A stretch of DNA of 64,000 nucleotides, from the NCBI GenBank assembly GCA_977017575.1, contig CDRNVI010000164.1, positions 1-64,000 on the forward strand, written 5' to 3'. Below the pieces are notes generated by a model that ran no database searches, was not told the origin of the DNA, and saw only the letters and a program-made list of their open reading frames with translations. Origin of the DNA: Paramoeba atlantica (Eukaryota > Protista > Discosea). Position numbers and translations under genes: made by a program. Positions 63,111 through 64,000 of this stretch are shown here, piece after piece (the first letter of the stretch is position 1; each line of letters begins with the position of its first letter).

Positions 63111-64000
63111 ACAATTTTGTGTGAAAAAAAGTAAAAAAGAAAAAGAGATGAAGGAAAAAGAAGAAAAAAGAAACAAAAAAGAAAAAGAGAAAAAGAAAAA
63201 AAGAAACAAGAAAAAGAAGAGGAAAAAAGAAAAGAAAGAAAACCTCAAAGAATTGGATCACCGGATAAATCTTGTGAATTCTCTTATCTTTCTCACTTTG
63301 AGAAAAATAGATTGGTTTTTCATTTCTCTTTCTTAATATAAAAGTGATACATTGAAAAAACCAAAAATCTCTTGATTTCTAAAAGTCTATTTTTCTCATC
63401 TTTCAAAAAACAAAAACCAAACACAAAAATCAAACAAAAACAAAAAACAAAAAAGAAAAACTTTTTTGCCGAAAAACCGATTTTTATTTTGGGTGCGATT
63501 TTTTTTCTTGAAATTTGGCAAGGAGGTGAAAAAGAATTCAAATGTTCTTGTTTTTTCTTAGTTGTTCAAGCTTCCATCAAGATAGGACCAATACAAATTC
63601 AATTCTTTTTCTTTTTTTCTTCTTTAATCTTATTTTTGGTTTGCATTTGGATCTTTTCAATCAATTTTGGTCATACAATCCTTTTTCTTTGTTTTTTTTT
63701 GTTTTTTTCTCTTTTTTGTTGAATCTTTCTCTTTCTCTTTCTTTTTCTTTTTTTCTTTCTTTTTCACAAACAAAAAAGAAAAAAAAAACTGTTCGAAACA
63801 AAAAACCAAAAAAAAAACCAAAAAAAGAAAAAGAAAATGGCTGATGTGGCAACATTTGATTGGGAATTGGATTTTTTTTTCTTTTTCAGAAAAGAAAGTG
63901 GCGGATGAGAAAAAAAAAGAAAAATAGAAAGAGAAAAGAAAGAAATTGAAAGAAAAGAAGAGTTGAAAGGTTTGGAAAGATACATGATAGATTGTTTGAT

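Noticed and set aside
12700-64000. Hundreds of F/S/L- or K/R/E-rich ORFs in the ORF track
   Set aside because: They are translations of GA/TC microsatellite introns and their antisense; they lack stop codons only because of composition.

Overview
Left end of a eukaryotic chromosome. A (CCCTAAA)n telomere (TTTAGGG type, 1-690) is followed by about 63 kb of subtelomeric, transposon-derived DNA. Genes here have short GT-AG introns filled with GA/TC microsatellites, which produce most of the low-complexity ORFs in the ORF track. The first 15 kb is almost free of CpG. It holds a Ty1/copia relic cut off near the telomere, a full-length chromodomain Ty3/gypsy element (314-bp LTRs, GTGT target-site duplication) nested in its 5' region, a SAP-domain relic and tandemly duplicated exon blocks. 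The two gypsy LTRs differ by about 38 transitions, 2 transversions and no indels, across all dinucleotide contexts, which is a RIP-like C-to-T/G-to-A signature. From 17 to 22 kb lie a deleted copia and a 5'-truncated RLE-type non-LTR retrotransposon. From 23 to 53 kb is a tightly packed set of multi-exon genes that looks like the cargo of one large DNA transposon: a large unknown protein with a 72-bp coding minisatellite, a ParB-like plus degenerate amino-methyltransferase-like gene, a TET/JBP-like 2OG-Fe(II) dioxygenase, and an EnSpm/CMC-like DDE transposase apparently spliced to a Ulp1/C48 protease. Many of these frames carry stop codons that are each one transition away from Gln, Arg or Trp codons. 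The distal part has segmental duplications, a 92-bp hairpin satellite interrupted by a long-TIR MITE, an internal copy of the telomere-adjacent sequence and a ~177-bp satellite with higher-order structure. No rRNA, tRNA or CRISPR array was recognised. All domain calls are by-eye motif recognition and all counts are manual.
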